This document shows, piece after piece, positions 18,175 to 29,033 of a DNA stretch of 32,318 nt. This DNA is from Candidatus Eiseniibacteriota bacterium. GTDB lineage: Bacteria > ARS69. The position numbers and the translations under genes are program-made. Position 1 is the stretch's first letter. Each line of letters starts with the position of its first letter. Location: positions 1 through 32,318 of the forward strand of contig JBQTGV010000148.1 in NCBI GenBank assembly GCA_052390515.1, given 5' to 3'. Under the pieces are notes generated by a model. The model saw only the letters and a list, made by a program, of their open reading frames with translations, did no database searches and had not been told where the DNA came from.

Positions 18175-19935
18175 TCAGCGAAGGAGCAGCATCTTGCGGG
18201 TCGCGTCGTCTCCGGCGGAGTCGAGGCGGTAGTAATACACACCCGGAGCGGCAAGGCGTCCCGCGTCGTCGGCTCCATTCCAGACTCTCTCGTGCACGCC
18301 GGCCTCCAGGCGATCCGTTTCCAGGAGGCGCCGCACCAGCCGGCCGCCGACGTCGTACACGGCCAGGCGAACCGGTCCCGGCCGCGAAACGGAGAAGGCG
18401 ATCGTGGTCGCGTCCCGGAAGGGGTTGGGCCTCGCCGGCCACAGCGTCACCGGCTCCTCGGGGAGCAGGCTGACACCGACCGCGTTGCGGTCGTCCACGG
18501 TGAGGAAGTAGTCCGCGCGGGCGCGGGGCACTTCGCCGTTGGACACGGCCAGCACGAGGAACACGATCTCCGACCAGTCGGTGGAGAGCTCGAACGACGA
18601 CGTGTTCGAGCCGGTGACGGGAATCTGGACGTAGCCGCGCCGCCCCGATGTGTCGAGCGTGAACGCGCCGACCGAGAAGGGTGCGGCCCCTCCGAGGAAC
18701 TGGATCCACGGCTGCCCGGTGCGGTCGGGTCCGCCGACGAGCACGAAGTGGGTGGACATGCCGGCGAGGCTGCGTCCCAGCGCAGTCGCGGGATCGGACA
18801 GGTGCGCGGCGATCGGCGGCGTGGGATAGGAGTCCGCTTCCGCGAAGCCCAGCGGCCGACCCGGCGCGTTCGCCCCGCAGAAGTACGCCGCCGCGGCGAG
18901 GGCGCGCACCGCCTCGCCGAGCGACGAGCCGTGCTGGCGAAGGACCGCGTCGAACGTCTCGGGGACCGGCCGCTGCGGGTCCAGCGCACGCGCGTCGAAG
19001 AAGTCCACCAGGACGCCCGCGCCGAAGGTCTCTTCCAGCAGCCGCTGCCACAGACAGTCCTCGTAGGACGCGTCGCCTCCCGAGATCCAGCCGTCCGGGT
19101 GACTCACCGGCGACCCGTAGGGCAGGTAGCGGACGTAGTCGTTCGTCGCGTCGTGGACGAAGTCCTCCGCCCAGGTCGCGTCGGCCTCGAGCCACCCGCC
19201 CTCCGACCAGCCGCTGCCGATCCACTGGGACGCGTGCTTCAGCTCGTGAGCCGCGGCCACCTTGAGCGCGCCTCGAGCCGAGCCGTCGGGATCCTGGTTC
19301 GCGGGGAACCCCGCGAAGCTCCGGTGCAGGACGATTCGCGTCCCACCCGCGACCGCCTCGGTGTACCCGAAGGCGCTCATCTCGCGGAAGGAGACCGGGA
19401 CGAGCACACCCGCGGAAACCGGCCGACGGAATCCGGTCTCGTCGAAGAGCCGGGTCCAGGCGGTCTCCAGGTACGTGCCGGCATGCTCGACGTAGTCCGG
19501 AATCCCGTTCGCCGGGAGCACGTCGGCAGGATCCACCGCGTCGGGTCCCGCCACGTCGTACCCGATGCGGAAGTGAGTCGTGAGGTGCTCCGCGGCGGCC
19601 GCGGAGGCCGGGCTCGCCAGGTACCCGTCGACGACCGAGGTGACGGCCGGCGGAAGCCCGTCGCGGAGGCGACGATACTCGTGGATGAGCATCGTGGCGG
19701 ACCGCGTCGGCCACGCCCCGGGACCGCGCAGGGAACTCGGGAGATCGTCGGGAGCGAAGACGCGCTGGAAGCGCGCAAGCATCGCCTCGTCGAAGTCGAG
19801 CGTGCCCGCCTCGACCAGCCCCGCGAGATGTTCGCGGAAGAGCGGCTCCTCCGGCGGCGCGGCGGCGCGCGCGGACTTCGAGGCGAAGGCGGTGGCCAGG
19901 CAGGCGAGGGTGAGGACGACGACCCAGCGACGCAT
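18175..19935 (-). CDS. Secreted putative zinc metallopeptidase with C-terminal FlgD-Ig/T9SS-like domain
   Basis: Signal peptide; HFRIGYD, NGIPDYVE, AAHELKHASQ...WLEADATWAE; C-terminal PNPF...VYDVGGRLVRRL...WNGADDAG...GVYYYRL...RKMLLLR. Confidence 0.82.
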   Translation of the reverse strand: MRRWVVVLTLACLATAFASKSARAAAPPEEPLFREHLAGLVEAGTLDFDEAMLARFQRVFAPDDLPSSLRGPGAWPTRSATMLIHEYRRLRDGLPPAVTSVVDGYLASPASAAAAEHLTTHFRIGYDVAGPDAVDPADVLPANGIPDYVEHAGTYLETAWTRLFDETGFRRPVSAGVLVPVSFREMSAFGYTEAVAGGTRIVLHRSFAGFPANQDPDGSARGALKVAAAHELKHASQWIGSGWSEGGWLEADATWAEDFVHDATNDYVRYLPYGSPVSHPDGWISGGDASYEDCLWQRLLEETFGAGVLVDFFDARALDPQRPVPETFDAVLRQHGSSLGEAVRALAAAAYFCGANAPGRPLGFAEADSYPTPPIAAHLSDPATALGRSLAGMSTHFVLVGGPDRTGQPWIQFLGGAAPFSVGAFTLDTSGRRGYVQIPVTGSNTSSFELSTDWSEIVFLVLAVSNGEVPRARADYFLTVDDRNAVGVSLLPEEPVTLWPARPNPFRDATTIAFSVSRPGPVRLAVYDVGGRLVRRLLETDRLEAGVHERVWNGADDAGRLAAPGVYYYRLDSAGDDATRKMLLLR

Positions 19936-19979
19936 CGAGACACCAGCCGGTGCAGGCCGAAGCACGCAACGAGAGGAGT

Positions 19980-20008
19980 ATTATAGATAGCGTTTCCGGC
20001 CGTAGCAA
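19980..20008 (-). promoter_or_regulatory. Near-consensus sigma70 promoter for the metallopeptidase-MATE pair
   Basis: TTGCTA-N17-TATAAT on the minus strand, in a locally AT-rich patch. Confidence 0.65.
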
Positions 20009-20105
20009 GGCGGGACCGGCAGCCGGCCGTGGGTCAGTTCGGAGCCTGCGCTCACGACCTTCAGCTCCCAACGTGATCCACGTATCCGGCGGTCGGGCCC
20101 GCCGC

Positions 20106-22262
20106 TCAGTCCGCCCGCCCGCTTCTCCTGCCGCCGCGCACCAGCCGGAACTCCACCCGTCCCACGGCGACGTGGGCGGCCTGCACCACGACCCGCACCG
20201 GATCCCCGATCGCGAACCTCCGGCGCCGCTTCCGGCCGATCAGCACGCGGGAGTCGGCGAAGAACCGATACCAGTCGTCGTCCAGGTCCTCCACGCGGAC
20301 CATCCCCTCGACGTAGTACTCGAGGAGCTCGACGAAGAACCCGTCCTCGATGACCCCGGAGATGACCCCGTCGAATTCCTCCCCGACGCGCTCCGACAGG
20401 AACCAAGCGCGAATCACGTCCAGCACGTCGAACTCGCACTGGTTGGCGCGCGCCTCCCGCTCCGAGGACTGCGCGGCCATGCGCGTCAGCGCGGGGCGAT
20501 CGTGCGGGGAAGGGTCTCCCCGAAGGAGGGCCTTGGCCAGCCGGTGCACGAGGAGGTCCGGGTACCTGCGGATCGGGCTGGTGAAGTGCAGGTAGCGCTC
20601 CGACGCGAGCCCGTAGTGCCCGACGTTCTCCGGGGAATACTGCGCGCGCATCAGCGTGCGCAGCAGGATGTGGTGCAGCGCTCGCTCCGCCGGCATGCCG
20701 CGGACGCTCTCCAGGAACCGGGCGAGGGCGCGGCTCGACGCCAGGGCTCCGAACTCGGGCACGTGTCCCCAGCTGCGCGCGAACTCCACGAAGGATAGCA
20801 GCTTCTCGTGGTCGGGGGGCGCGTGCACCCGGAAGATCGTGGGGCGCCCTTCGCGGACGAACCAGTCGGCCACCGCCTCGTTCGCGGCGATCATGAACTC
20901 CTCGATGATGCGATGGGCGTCGTTGCGCTCCGCGCGCGCCACGTCCTCCGGGCGGCCCGACGAGTCCAGCACGACGTCCGGCTCGGGCAGGTCGAAGTCG
21001 AGCGATCCGCGCCGCGCGCGCCGCTCGCGGAGCACCGTCATCAAGGACCGCATGCGCCGCACGTGGTCCGCGTGCTCGGAGATGCCATCCACCTCCTCGC
21101 CTTCGAGCACGCGCGCGACGCCCTCGTATGTCCACCTTCCCCGGGAACGGATGACGCTCTCGTAGATGCGCGTTCCGGTGCGGCCTCCGTCAGGATCGAG
21201 TCGGATTTCGGCGGTGAGCGTCAGGCGGTCTTCGCCTGGGCGAAGACTGGCCAGACCGTTGGACAGCCGCTCGGGAAGCATGGGGATCACGCGATCCGGG
21301 AAGTAGACACTCGTGCCCCGCTCGAACGCGTCGCGGTCGAGCGCGGAACCCGCGCGGACCCAGTGCGCGACGTCCGCGATGGACACGAGCAGCCGCCATC
21401 CGCCGCCCGGCTCCTCCGAGAGCGCGACGGCGTCGTCGAAGTCGCGCGCGTCCTCGCCGTCGATCGTGAAGATCGCCTCTGCGCGGAGGTCCCGCCGCCC
21501 GCTCAGCTCCTCCGCGGCGATCTCGCCCGGCAGCCGCTCCGCCTGCTCCAGTGCGTCGTCGGAGAAGCGCCGGGGGAGGCCATGCCGCCGGATCACCGTC
21601 TCGACGTGCGTGCCGAGCTCGCCGGGGGCGCCCACGATCTCCACGATGCGGCCGACCGCGGGGCGACGGCCCTCGGGGTAGTCGCGGATCTCCACCTCGA
21701 CGATCTCGCCCGACCGGGGCTCCACCGCTCCCGGCACGAGCTCGATCGGTTCGCCGAAGACCTCGGGGTCGGGAAGGACGCGCTCGCGGACGCCGACCTT
21801 CTCGTACACGCCGGTGAGCGAGGTCCGCGCGCGCGCCACGACGGAGACGACGCGCCCGGCCACGCGCCCGAACTTGCCGGGGACGGGGAGCGCGCGGATC
21901 CGATCGCCGTCGAAGAGGGCCGCCATCTCGCGGCGGGGCAGGAAGAGATCTTCGGGTGCGTCTTCGCCCTGCTGCGCGAGGAATCCGTAGCCGTCGCGAT
22001 GCCGCTTCACGACGCCCTCGACGGCCCATTCGTCGGCGGGCGGCGCGCTCGTGCCGAGGCGGTATCCTCGGCCGCGCGCGGGGCGGATGACACCCTCGCG
22101 CATCATCGACTTGAGGAAGCCGCGGAACCGCGGCCGCTGCCGCGAGGGCACCGCACAGGCGTCGGCCAGGGCGTGGAAGGTGAGGTGCCCACCCGGCGCC
22201 CGGGAGATCTCGCGCAGGACTTCCGCGGAGTCGAACTCGGGCGAGTGCCTGGCGCGCGTCAC
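20106..22262 (-). CDS. rnr: Ribonuclease R
   Basis: N-terminal wHTH, cold-shock domain HRDGYGF, catalytic TIDGEDARDFDDA, RGTSVYFP, HFTSPIRRYPDL, C-terminal S1 domain. Confidence 0.95.
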   Translation of the reverse strand: MTRARHSPEFDSAEVLREISRAPGGHLTFHALADACAVPSRQRPRFRGFLKSMMREGVIRPARGRGYRLGTSAPPADEWAVEGVVKRHRDGYGFLAQQGEDAPEDLFLPRREMAALFDGDRIRALPVPGKFGRVAGRVVSVVARARTSLTGVYEKVGVRERVLPDPEVFGEPIELVPGAVEPRSGEIVEVEIRDYPEGRRPAVGRIVEIVGAPGELGTHVETVIRRHGLPRRFSDDALEQAERLPGEIAAEELSGRRDLRAEAIFTIDGEDARDFDDAVALSEEPGGGWRLLVSIADVAHWVRAGSALDRDAFERGTSVYFPDRVIPMLPERLSNGLASLRPGEDRLTLTAEIRLDPDGGRTGTRIYESVIRSRGRWTYEGVARVLEGEEVDGISEHADHVRRMRSLMTVLRERRARRGSLDFDLPEPDVVLDSSGRPEDVARAERNDAHRIIEEFMIAANEAVADWFVREGRPTIFRVHAPPDHEKLLSFVEFARSWGHVPEFGALASSRALARFLESVRGMPAERALHHILLRTLMRAQYSPENVGHYGLASERYLHFTSPIRRYPDLLVHRLAKALLRGDPSPHDRPALTRMAAQSSEREARANQCEFDVLDVIRAWFLSERVGEEFDGVISGVIEDGFFVELLEYYVEGMVRVEDLDDDWYRFFADSRVLIGRKRRRRFAIGDPVRVVVQAAHVAVGRVEFRLVRGGRRSGRAD

Positions 22263-22272
22263 GAGGGCCGCG

Positions 22273-23874
22273 TCAGCCGGCCGTCACGTATTGCTCGACG
22301 TAGCAGGCCGGATCGAGCGGCGAACCGGTGGCGTGCACGAGCGCCTCGTTCCATGGCCGCAGCGCGCCGTGTCGGAAGAGCCGCTCGCCGAGCAGCTTCG
22401 CGGTCGTCTCGTCCTCGAACCAGAGCGGGCCAGAGGCCTTCTCCAGGAAGCGGGTCAGCTGCGACGCCATCAAATCGCCGAGCAGGTAGTTGTGATAGTA
22501 GACCGGCGCCAGCGCGACGTGGACCTTGCAAGCCCAGTCCGGCTCGCGACGGTTCTCCGGGCGCGGGATCTTCTGGAACCGCTCGACGAGGTCCCACCAG
22601 ATCTTCCCCAGGTCCGCGCTCGGATCCGCGTACATGGCCCGCTCGAAGTGGCACATGACCATCACCCAGCGGGGGAAGAGCAGCTGCCGGGCGCGCGCGT
22701 GACGGGCAAGCCCCTCGCGCATCGGATCGACCTGCGCCGCGGGCGCTCCCACGCGGCGTACGATCCAGTCCGGATTGGCGGCGAGCCGCCCGAAGAGCAG
22801 CGCGATCGCCTCGGTCGACAGCGTGTGCGCGGGCATGCGCAGCAGCCACGGAAGCGCTTCGCCGAGGCCCTGGTCGTACACCGCATGGCCGAACTCGTGC
22901 AGCATCGTGTCCATCCACTGCTCGTTCGGAACCACGTTGCACAGCACCCGAACGTCGTCGGCGGCGCGATCGACGTGCGTGCAGAACGCGTGCTGGTTCT
23001 TCCGCTCGCGCGGGAAGAGGTCCGAGCGCGCCAGCGTGCGCTCGATGTCGAACCCCATGGCGCGCAGCGAGGCCTTCGTCAGCGCGACGAGATCCGCGTC
23101 GACGTAGAACCGCCCCGGAGCGAGATCCGCCGGAGGCACGGCCTCCTGGAAGAACGGGTCGGCCGCGTGCCAGGGGCGAACGTCCTTCGAGGAGATGCCG
23201 AAGCGGGCCGAGAGACGGGCGAAGAGGTCTCCGATCAGCTCGTCGAAAGGCTCGCGGGTGAGCTCTTCCAGGTGGTCGAGCACGCGGAAGAGGAAAGCCT
23301 CGTCCATCTCCTGCAGCGCGAGCGACATGGCGTAGTGGTCGCGGTGGCCGAGCTCGCGTGCCGCACGATTGCGCAGCCCGACGAGCTCCAGCACGAGCGG
23401 GGCCATCTCCTTGCCGATGCGCTTGGACGCCTCCCAGGTGACGCGGCGCTCATCCTCGTCGTCCGACTGCCGGAGCACGTCCCGGATCTCGTTCTCGCTC
23501 AGCGGGCGGCCGCCGACTTCCGGCCGGAAGCGCGCGTACATCGCCTCGGCCTCGACCTCGAGCGCCACGATCCGCCCGAGGAGGGACTCGTCCACCTGAT
23601 TCCCGGCGTAGTCGCGCAGCAGGATGTCGAGCTCGCGCTTCGCGACCGGTTCGCGGATCTCGCCCGAGGCGGCGAGGCCGCGCAGCTCCGCGTACGCCGC
23701 CCGGTCGGAGAGCAGGGTCTTGAGCTCGCGCTCGAGGCGTTCCGACTCGGACGCCCACTTCGCCTCCCCGGTGACGGAGAGCTGCCAGGACGCTTCTCGC
23801 GCCTGCTTCTCCAAGGGCGCACGCCGCGCCACGTGGGACTCGACGAAGCGGGCGAGCCGCGCCGGCCCGGTCAC
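22273..23874 (-). CDS. M3/M2-like zinc oligopeptidase
   Basis: TMLHEFGHAVY with downstream STEAIA, PWHAADPFFQE, KNQHAFC, KVHVALAPVYYHNY; no signal peptide. Confidence 0.88.
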   Translation of the reverse strand: MTGPARLARFVESHVARRAPLEKQAREASWQLSVTGEAKWASESERLERELKTLLSDRAAYAELRGLAASGEIREPVAKRELDILLRDYAGNQVDESLLGRIVALEVEAEAMYARFRPEVGGRPLSENEIRDVLRQSDDEDERRVTWEASKRIGKEMAPLVLELVGLRNRAARELGHRDHYAMSLALQEMDEAFLFRVLDHLEELTREPFDELIGDLFARLSARFGISSKDVRPWHAADPFFQEAVPPADLAPGRFYVDADLVALTKASLRAMGFDIERTLARSDLFPRERKNQHAFCTHVDRAADDVRVLCNVVPNEQWMDTMLHEFGHAVYDQGLGEALPWLLRMPAHTLSTEAIALLFGRLAANPDWIVRRVGAPAAQVDPMREGLARHARARQLLFPRWVMVMCHFERAMYADPSADLGKIWWDLVERFQKIPRPENRREPDWACKVHVALAPVYYHNYLLGDLMASQLTRFLEKASGPLWFEDETTAKLLGERLFRHGALRPWNEALVHATGSPLDPACYVEQYVTAG

Positions 23875-24677
23875 TTCGTCGACTCCGTGTCCGGAGCGGC
23901 CACGACCCGCGGGCCGAGCGCCAGGACCCAGTCGACCGGGGCGCCGTCGACCGTCGCCAGGTCGTAGGTCACGAGACCGAGCGGCCCGTGCTCCTTCATG
24001 CGCAACAGGACCTCGTGCGGGTGGTCCCGATGCCAGAGTTCGTCCTTGTCCGTGTCCAGCCGCGCGAGCGTCGACTCGATGACCGAGAACGACTCGCCCG
24101 AGGGGGATCGGACCGGCACGCGACCGAGGCGGAACTTCTGGCGCGGGAAGTGGCGTCCCGACGAGGGGAACAGCATCGGGTAGTCCTGGAGCATCTCCCC
24201 CTCGCCGATCCGCTCGGCCAGGAAGCCGCCGCAGAAAAGTCCCCAGTTGGTGCGCTGGACGCCGGCGGTCTCGGTGCGCTGCGTGACCTGCTCCTCCTGG
24301 TGGACGGTCACGTGATAGTCGATCCCCATGCGCACGCCCACGTAGCGTCGCTCCTCCTCGCCGTACCGGGTGCGGCCGTCGAACTTCTCGACGCCCTCGG
24401 CATCGCAGGTGAGGCGCGCCTCATGCAGCAGCTCCACCGGCGCCTCGTCCCCGACCGTGTAGCGGCTCAGGGCGTGGACCTCCAGGCGTCGGCCGCGGGC
24501 TCCCTCCACGAAGTCGTAGATCAAGGCGGCGGTCCCGCAGGGCTCGGCGGCGTCGTTCAGGTAGATCCGGTACTCCAGTCGGATGGGGGGCAGGTCCCGG
24601 AGGATCTGCGCGCTCACGACCGCGGGGTGGCCGAACAGGCCGGCCACGGCGGCGAGGACGGACGCGGGACGCCACAT
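23871..24677 (-). CDS. Exported hypothetical protein (beta-rich)
   Basis: Signal peptide ending VSA-Q; GAGG RBS; stop overlaps the peptidase GTG start. Confidence 0.7.
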   Translation of the reverse strand: MWRPASVLAAVAGLFGHPAVVSAQILRDLPPIRLEYRIYLNDAAEPCGTAALIYDFVEGARGRRLEVHALSRYTVGDEAPVELLHEARLTCDAEGVEKFDGRTRYGEEERRYVGVRMGIDYHVTVHQEEQVTQRTETAGVQRTNWGLFCGGFLAERIGEGEMLQDYPMLFPSSGRHFPRQKFRLGRVPVRSPSGESFSVIESTLARLDTDKDELWHRDHPHEVLLRMKEHGPLGLVTYDLATVDGAPVDWVLALGPRVVAAPDTESTK

Positions 24678-24712
24678 GGTTCTTCCTCGGGGACGGCGGT
24701 GCGAAGGCCGCG

Positions 24713-24741
24713 ATTCTACCGGAGCGTCGTCCCCGGCACAA
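24713..24741 (-). promoter_or_regulatory. Putative sigma70 promoter for the hypothetical-peptidase-rnr operon
   Basis: TTGTGC-N17-TAGAAT on the minus strand. Confidence 0.5.
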
Positions 24742-24796
24742 CCGCGTGAGCTGGAACCTCGCTCGGCGCCGTCGGTTCCCGGCGCGACCCCGGCTG

Positions 24797-24825
24797 TTGA
24801 CTCGCCCGGAGGACGCCCCTACTCT
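24797..24825 (+). promoter_or_regulatory. Putative sigma70 promoter for glutamate dehydrogenase
   Basis: TTGACT-N17-TACTCT, 46 nt before ATG 24872. Confidence 0.6.
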
Positions 24826-24871
24826 TTCGCGCCACGCGTTCGTGAACCGAACTCACCAACCGGGGACCTCG

Positions 24872-26335
<1,464 letters not shown>

Positions 26336-26496
26336 AACGCGGGGAGCGTCGGTGCCCCCCCGGACTTCCCGTTTCCTCGCGAAGCCGGTACCGTGGGCGG
26401 GCGGTCACGCAGTTCGGGTCCGGCGCGGTAGATTCCCTCGAGGGCCGGGACGCGCTAGGATCACCGGGCGGGTGCGCGTCGCGGCGGAGGTGAGAC

Positions 26497-27624
26497 GTGA
26501 GAAACCCAGAGCAGATCCGGGCCGCGGCCGAGGCGCTGCGGGAGGTGGCGCAGCGAGCCCGCGTGTACGTCAGCATGCCGATCATCGAGGGCATCACCCC
26601 GCGCGTTCTCGTCGATTCGCCTGATGGTCGCGTCTCCGACGATGGCGGCGGTATCCGTCGCAAGGACGGGATCTTCCGCCTCGACGAGATCGGGGTTTCC
26701 CCGCTCGACCACGTCGCCCTGTACGGCGACGGCGCCTTCGAGGGGATCCTGATCCGGAACCGCACGATCTTCCGCTACAAAGAGCACATGGACCGCCTGG
26801 ACCGGTCCCTGGCGAAGATCGGGATCACGCTGCCCGTGGACCGGGTGACGCTCACCGAGCGCATCCTGGAGACCTGCCGGACGGTGGACCTTCCGCAGGG
26901 CGACGGATACATCCGTCTCGTGGTCACCCGGGGGATCGGCGACTTGGGGATCAACCCGCGCAAGTGCGTCTCTCCGACCGTCTTCGCGATCGTCAGCACG
27001 ATCCGGCTCTACGCCCGCGAGGCGTACGAGCGCGGCATTCCGCTCGGGCTCGCGCGGCACGTGCGAAGGCCGTCGCGGACGATCCTCGATCCCAATATCA
27101 AGGGCACGCAGTACCTCAACAACGTGCTCGCGCTCCAGGAAGGTACGCGCGACAGCCAGCTCGTCGAGGTGCTGATGCTGACCGCGGAGGGATACGTCTC
27201 CGAGGCGACGGTGGACAACATCTTCTCAGTCGTGAAGCTCCCCGGCTGGGAGAGCGACCCGGCGAAGGTGCACGTTCTCACACCCTCTGCGGAGTACTGC
27301 CTGCCGGGCATCACCCGCGAGGTCGTGATCGAGCTGGCCAGGAAGCGCGGCAACCATGTCGTCGTCCGTGACGACCTCCTGCCGATCGACCTCGTGGGCG
27401 AGGGCAAGGAGTGCTTCATGACCGGAACGGGGTGCGGCGTGATGCCGATCATCGCGGTCGGCGGCGTGACGGTGGGGGACGGCCGCCCCGGACGCGTCAC
27501 CCAGACCCTCGTCCAGCAGCTCCAGGACATGATGATGGATCCGGTGAACGGGCTGCCGCTCGACACTCCCGCGGACCAGATCGCGGAGGCGCTCGGGGAG
27601 GCGCGGGCTCCGCAGTACGACTGA
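26497..27624 (+). CDS. ilvE: Class IV PLP aminotransferase, branched-chain amino acid aminotransferase-like
   Basis: LYGDGAFEG, YIRLVVTRGIGDLGINP, PLP lysine in NIKGTQYLNN, EATVDNIF, LPGITR, ECFMTGTG; GGAGGTGA RBS. Confidence 0.82.
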   Translation: MRNPEQIRAAAEALREVAQRARVYVSMPIIEGITPRVLVDSPDGRVSDDGGGIRRKDGIFRLDEIGVSPLDHVALYGDGAFEGILIRNRTIFRYKEHMDRLDRSLAKIGITLPVDRVTLTERILETCRTVDLPQGDGYIRLVVTRGIGDLGINPRKCVSPTVFAIVSTIRLYAREAYERGIPLGLARHVRRPSRTILDPNIKGTQYLNNVLALQEGTRDSQLVEVLMLTAEGYVSEATVDNIFSVVKLPGWESDPAKVHVLTPSAEYCLPGITREVVIELARKRGNHVVVRDDLLPIDLVGEGKECFMTGTGCGVMPIIAVGGVTVGDGRPGRVTQTLVQQLQDMMMDPVNGLPLDTPADQIAEALGEARAPQYD

Positions 27625-27631
27625 GCCGACG

Positions 27632-28312
27632 CTACTCCGACTCCAAGATTACCGCACGCCCCGGGTCCTTGCAGATGATCACTTCGTCCTGGTCGTCGAG
27701 CTCGATGGCTTCCCGCTGGTTGTCGGCGACGAGGATCGCCGGGCCGCGGGTCACCAGCACGCGGATCTCCGCGCTCTCCGGGACGACGACGTGGTCGACC
27801 GGCTCGGTCGAGTTGTTGAATGCGAGGCCCAGACCCTCGCGGAAGCTGCCCCGGGTGATGGCGCGGTAGTACGCGGTCGAGCCGAAGGGCGTGGCGACGA
27901 CGACGCCGTCGCCCACGTACTCGTGCCCGAGCTCGACGCCGTCCACGCGTACGCGGTAACGGACCGCCGACGTGGGGCGGGCGTTGTGCAGCACGACGTC
28001 GTTCAGCCCGATCTTGACCCGCCCGCGCGCTTCGCCCCGCACCTTGACGTAGGACACGGGACGCAGCCGCCCCTTCACCAGGTCGTCCAGCGCGCGGGGG
28101 AGCTCGTGCGGCTGGCACTTCTTGCCGTGGCGGCTGTTCCGCAGGGGCAGCTTGGGAACACCCGGCCAGGCGTCCTCGCTGCGCAGCAGGAGCCCGTCGC
28201 CCCCGTAGGTCAGGACGATGTCCGGGGCCTCCGAGACGACCTCGAAGCCCCTCTCCTCGACCAGGGGCACGATCGCCCCGATTCCCTCGCCGAGGATGAG
28301 GACCCGCTTCAT
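27632..28312 (-). CDS. nadK: NAD(+) kinase
   Basis: YGGDGLLL, LNDVV and GDGVVVATPFGSTAY motifs. Start at MKRVLILG; TTG 28330 is an alternative. Confidence 0.85.
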   Translation of the reverse strand: MKRVLILGEGIGAIVPLVEERGFEVVSEAPDIVLTYGGDGLLLRSEDAWPGVPKLPLRNSRHGKKCQPHELPRALDDLVKGRLRPVSYVKVRGEARGRVKIGLNDVVLHNARPTSAVRYRVRVDGVELGHEYVGDGVVVATPFGSTAYYRAITRGSFREGLGLAFNNSTEPVDHVVVPESAEIRVLVTRGPAILVADNQREAIELDDQDEVIICKDPGRAVILESE

Positions 28313-28358
28313 GCCGGTGCCGACCGCCAACGTTCGCCTCGCTTGCCGAGCTTCCACG

Positions 28359-28387
28359 AGGATCCGGTTCGAGCCCGGACGTGTCAA
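28359..28387 (-). promoter_or_regulatory. Putative sigma70 promoter for NAD kinase
   Basis: TTGACA-N17-GATCCT on the minus strand. Confidence 0.5.
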
Positions 28388-28465
28388 GGAGGGGAGGCGG
28401 ATGTCGCGATCCGGTGCTAAGATCGCCCGGTTGCTCGACCAGCGCCGACGAGGGGGAGAGACACG

Positions 28466-29020
28466 ATGAGATGCGGTCTCGCCGCACCGCTCGCTGCCGT
28501 CCTGCTCGGCTTCGTTCCCGCTTCCGCCCAGACCTTCCCGATGACTTCCGGAACGCTCGAGGTCCAGTTCGGCCTCGGCGCCGTCATGCTGCCGGAAGGG
28601 TCGGACGGGACCTACAGCGCGCAGCCGGAGCTTCGCCTGGGCCTCTTCCTCATGCCCGGCTTCGAGCTCCAAGTCCAGGGCGACGCGCGCCTCTGGCCGC
28701 TCGGCTCGGTCGCGGCCAAGAGCTACGGGGCGAGCGCACAAGTGCTCTGGTTTCCGCGGCTTTCCCCGGAGAACCGGAACTTCTACTTGATGGCAGGCGG
28801 AGGCGGCGCGCTCAACGATCCACCGGCCCGCACCGGGCTCGACTCCGGCTTCGATCCGCTGCTCCGCGGCGGCTTGGGATACAAGGTGCCGCTCACCGGG
28901 TTGGACTTCGCCTTTCTCAAGCAGTCGCACCTGACCATCGAAGGGCGCCTGGAAGCGCTGTTCCAGGACGAGACGGATCTCGTTTCCGGCGGAGCCATCG
29001 CGCTCTCGTACTTCCTCTGA
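28466..29020 (+). CDS. Small outer-membrane beta-barrel protein
   Basis: Signal peptide (ASA-Q), alternating amphipathic strands, C-terminal aromatic LSYFL; extended -10 TGCTAAGAT at 28415-28423. Confidence 0.72.
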   Translation: MRCGLAAPLAAVLLGFVPASAQTFPMTSGTLEVQFGLGAVMLPEGSDGTYSAQPELRLGLFLMPGFELQVQGDARLWPLGSVAAKSYGASAQVLWFPRLSPENRNFYLMAGGGGALNDPPARTGLDSGFDPLLRGGLGYKVPLTGLDFAFLKQSHLTIEGRLEALFQDETDLVSGGAIALSYFL

Positions 29021-29033
29021 CCTCGGCGTCCGC

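Noticed and set aside
16918-19986. 1022-aa plus-strand ORF and many other long antisense or alternate-frame ORFs (e.g. 8382-11054, 5013-7220, 20808-22658, 24583-26493)
   Set aside because: Shadow ORFs expected in high-GC DNA: Arg/Gly/Pro-rich or antisense-patterned, with no motifs, and overlapping well-supported genes.
26336-26400. Intrinsic terminator after gdhA
   Set aside because: Only an imperfect GC hairpin without a convincing U-tract.
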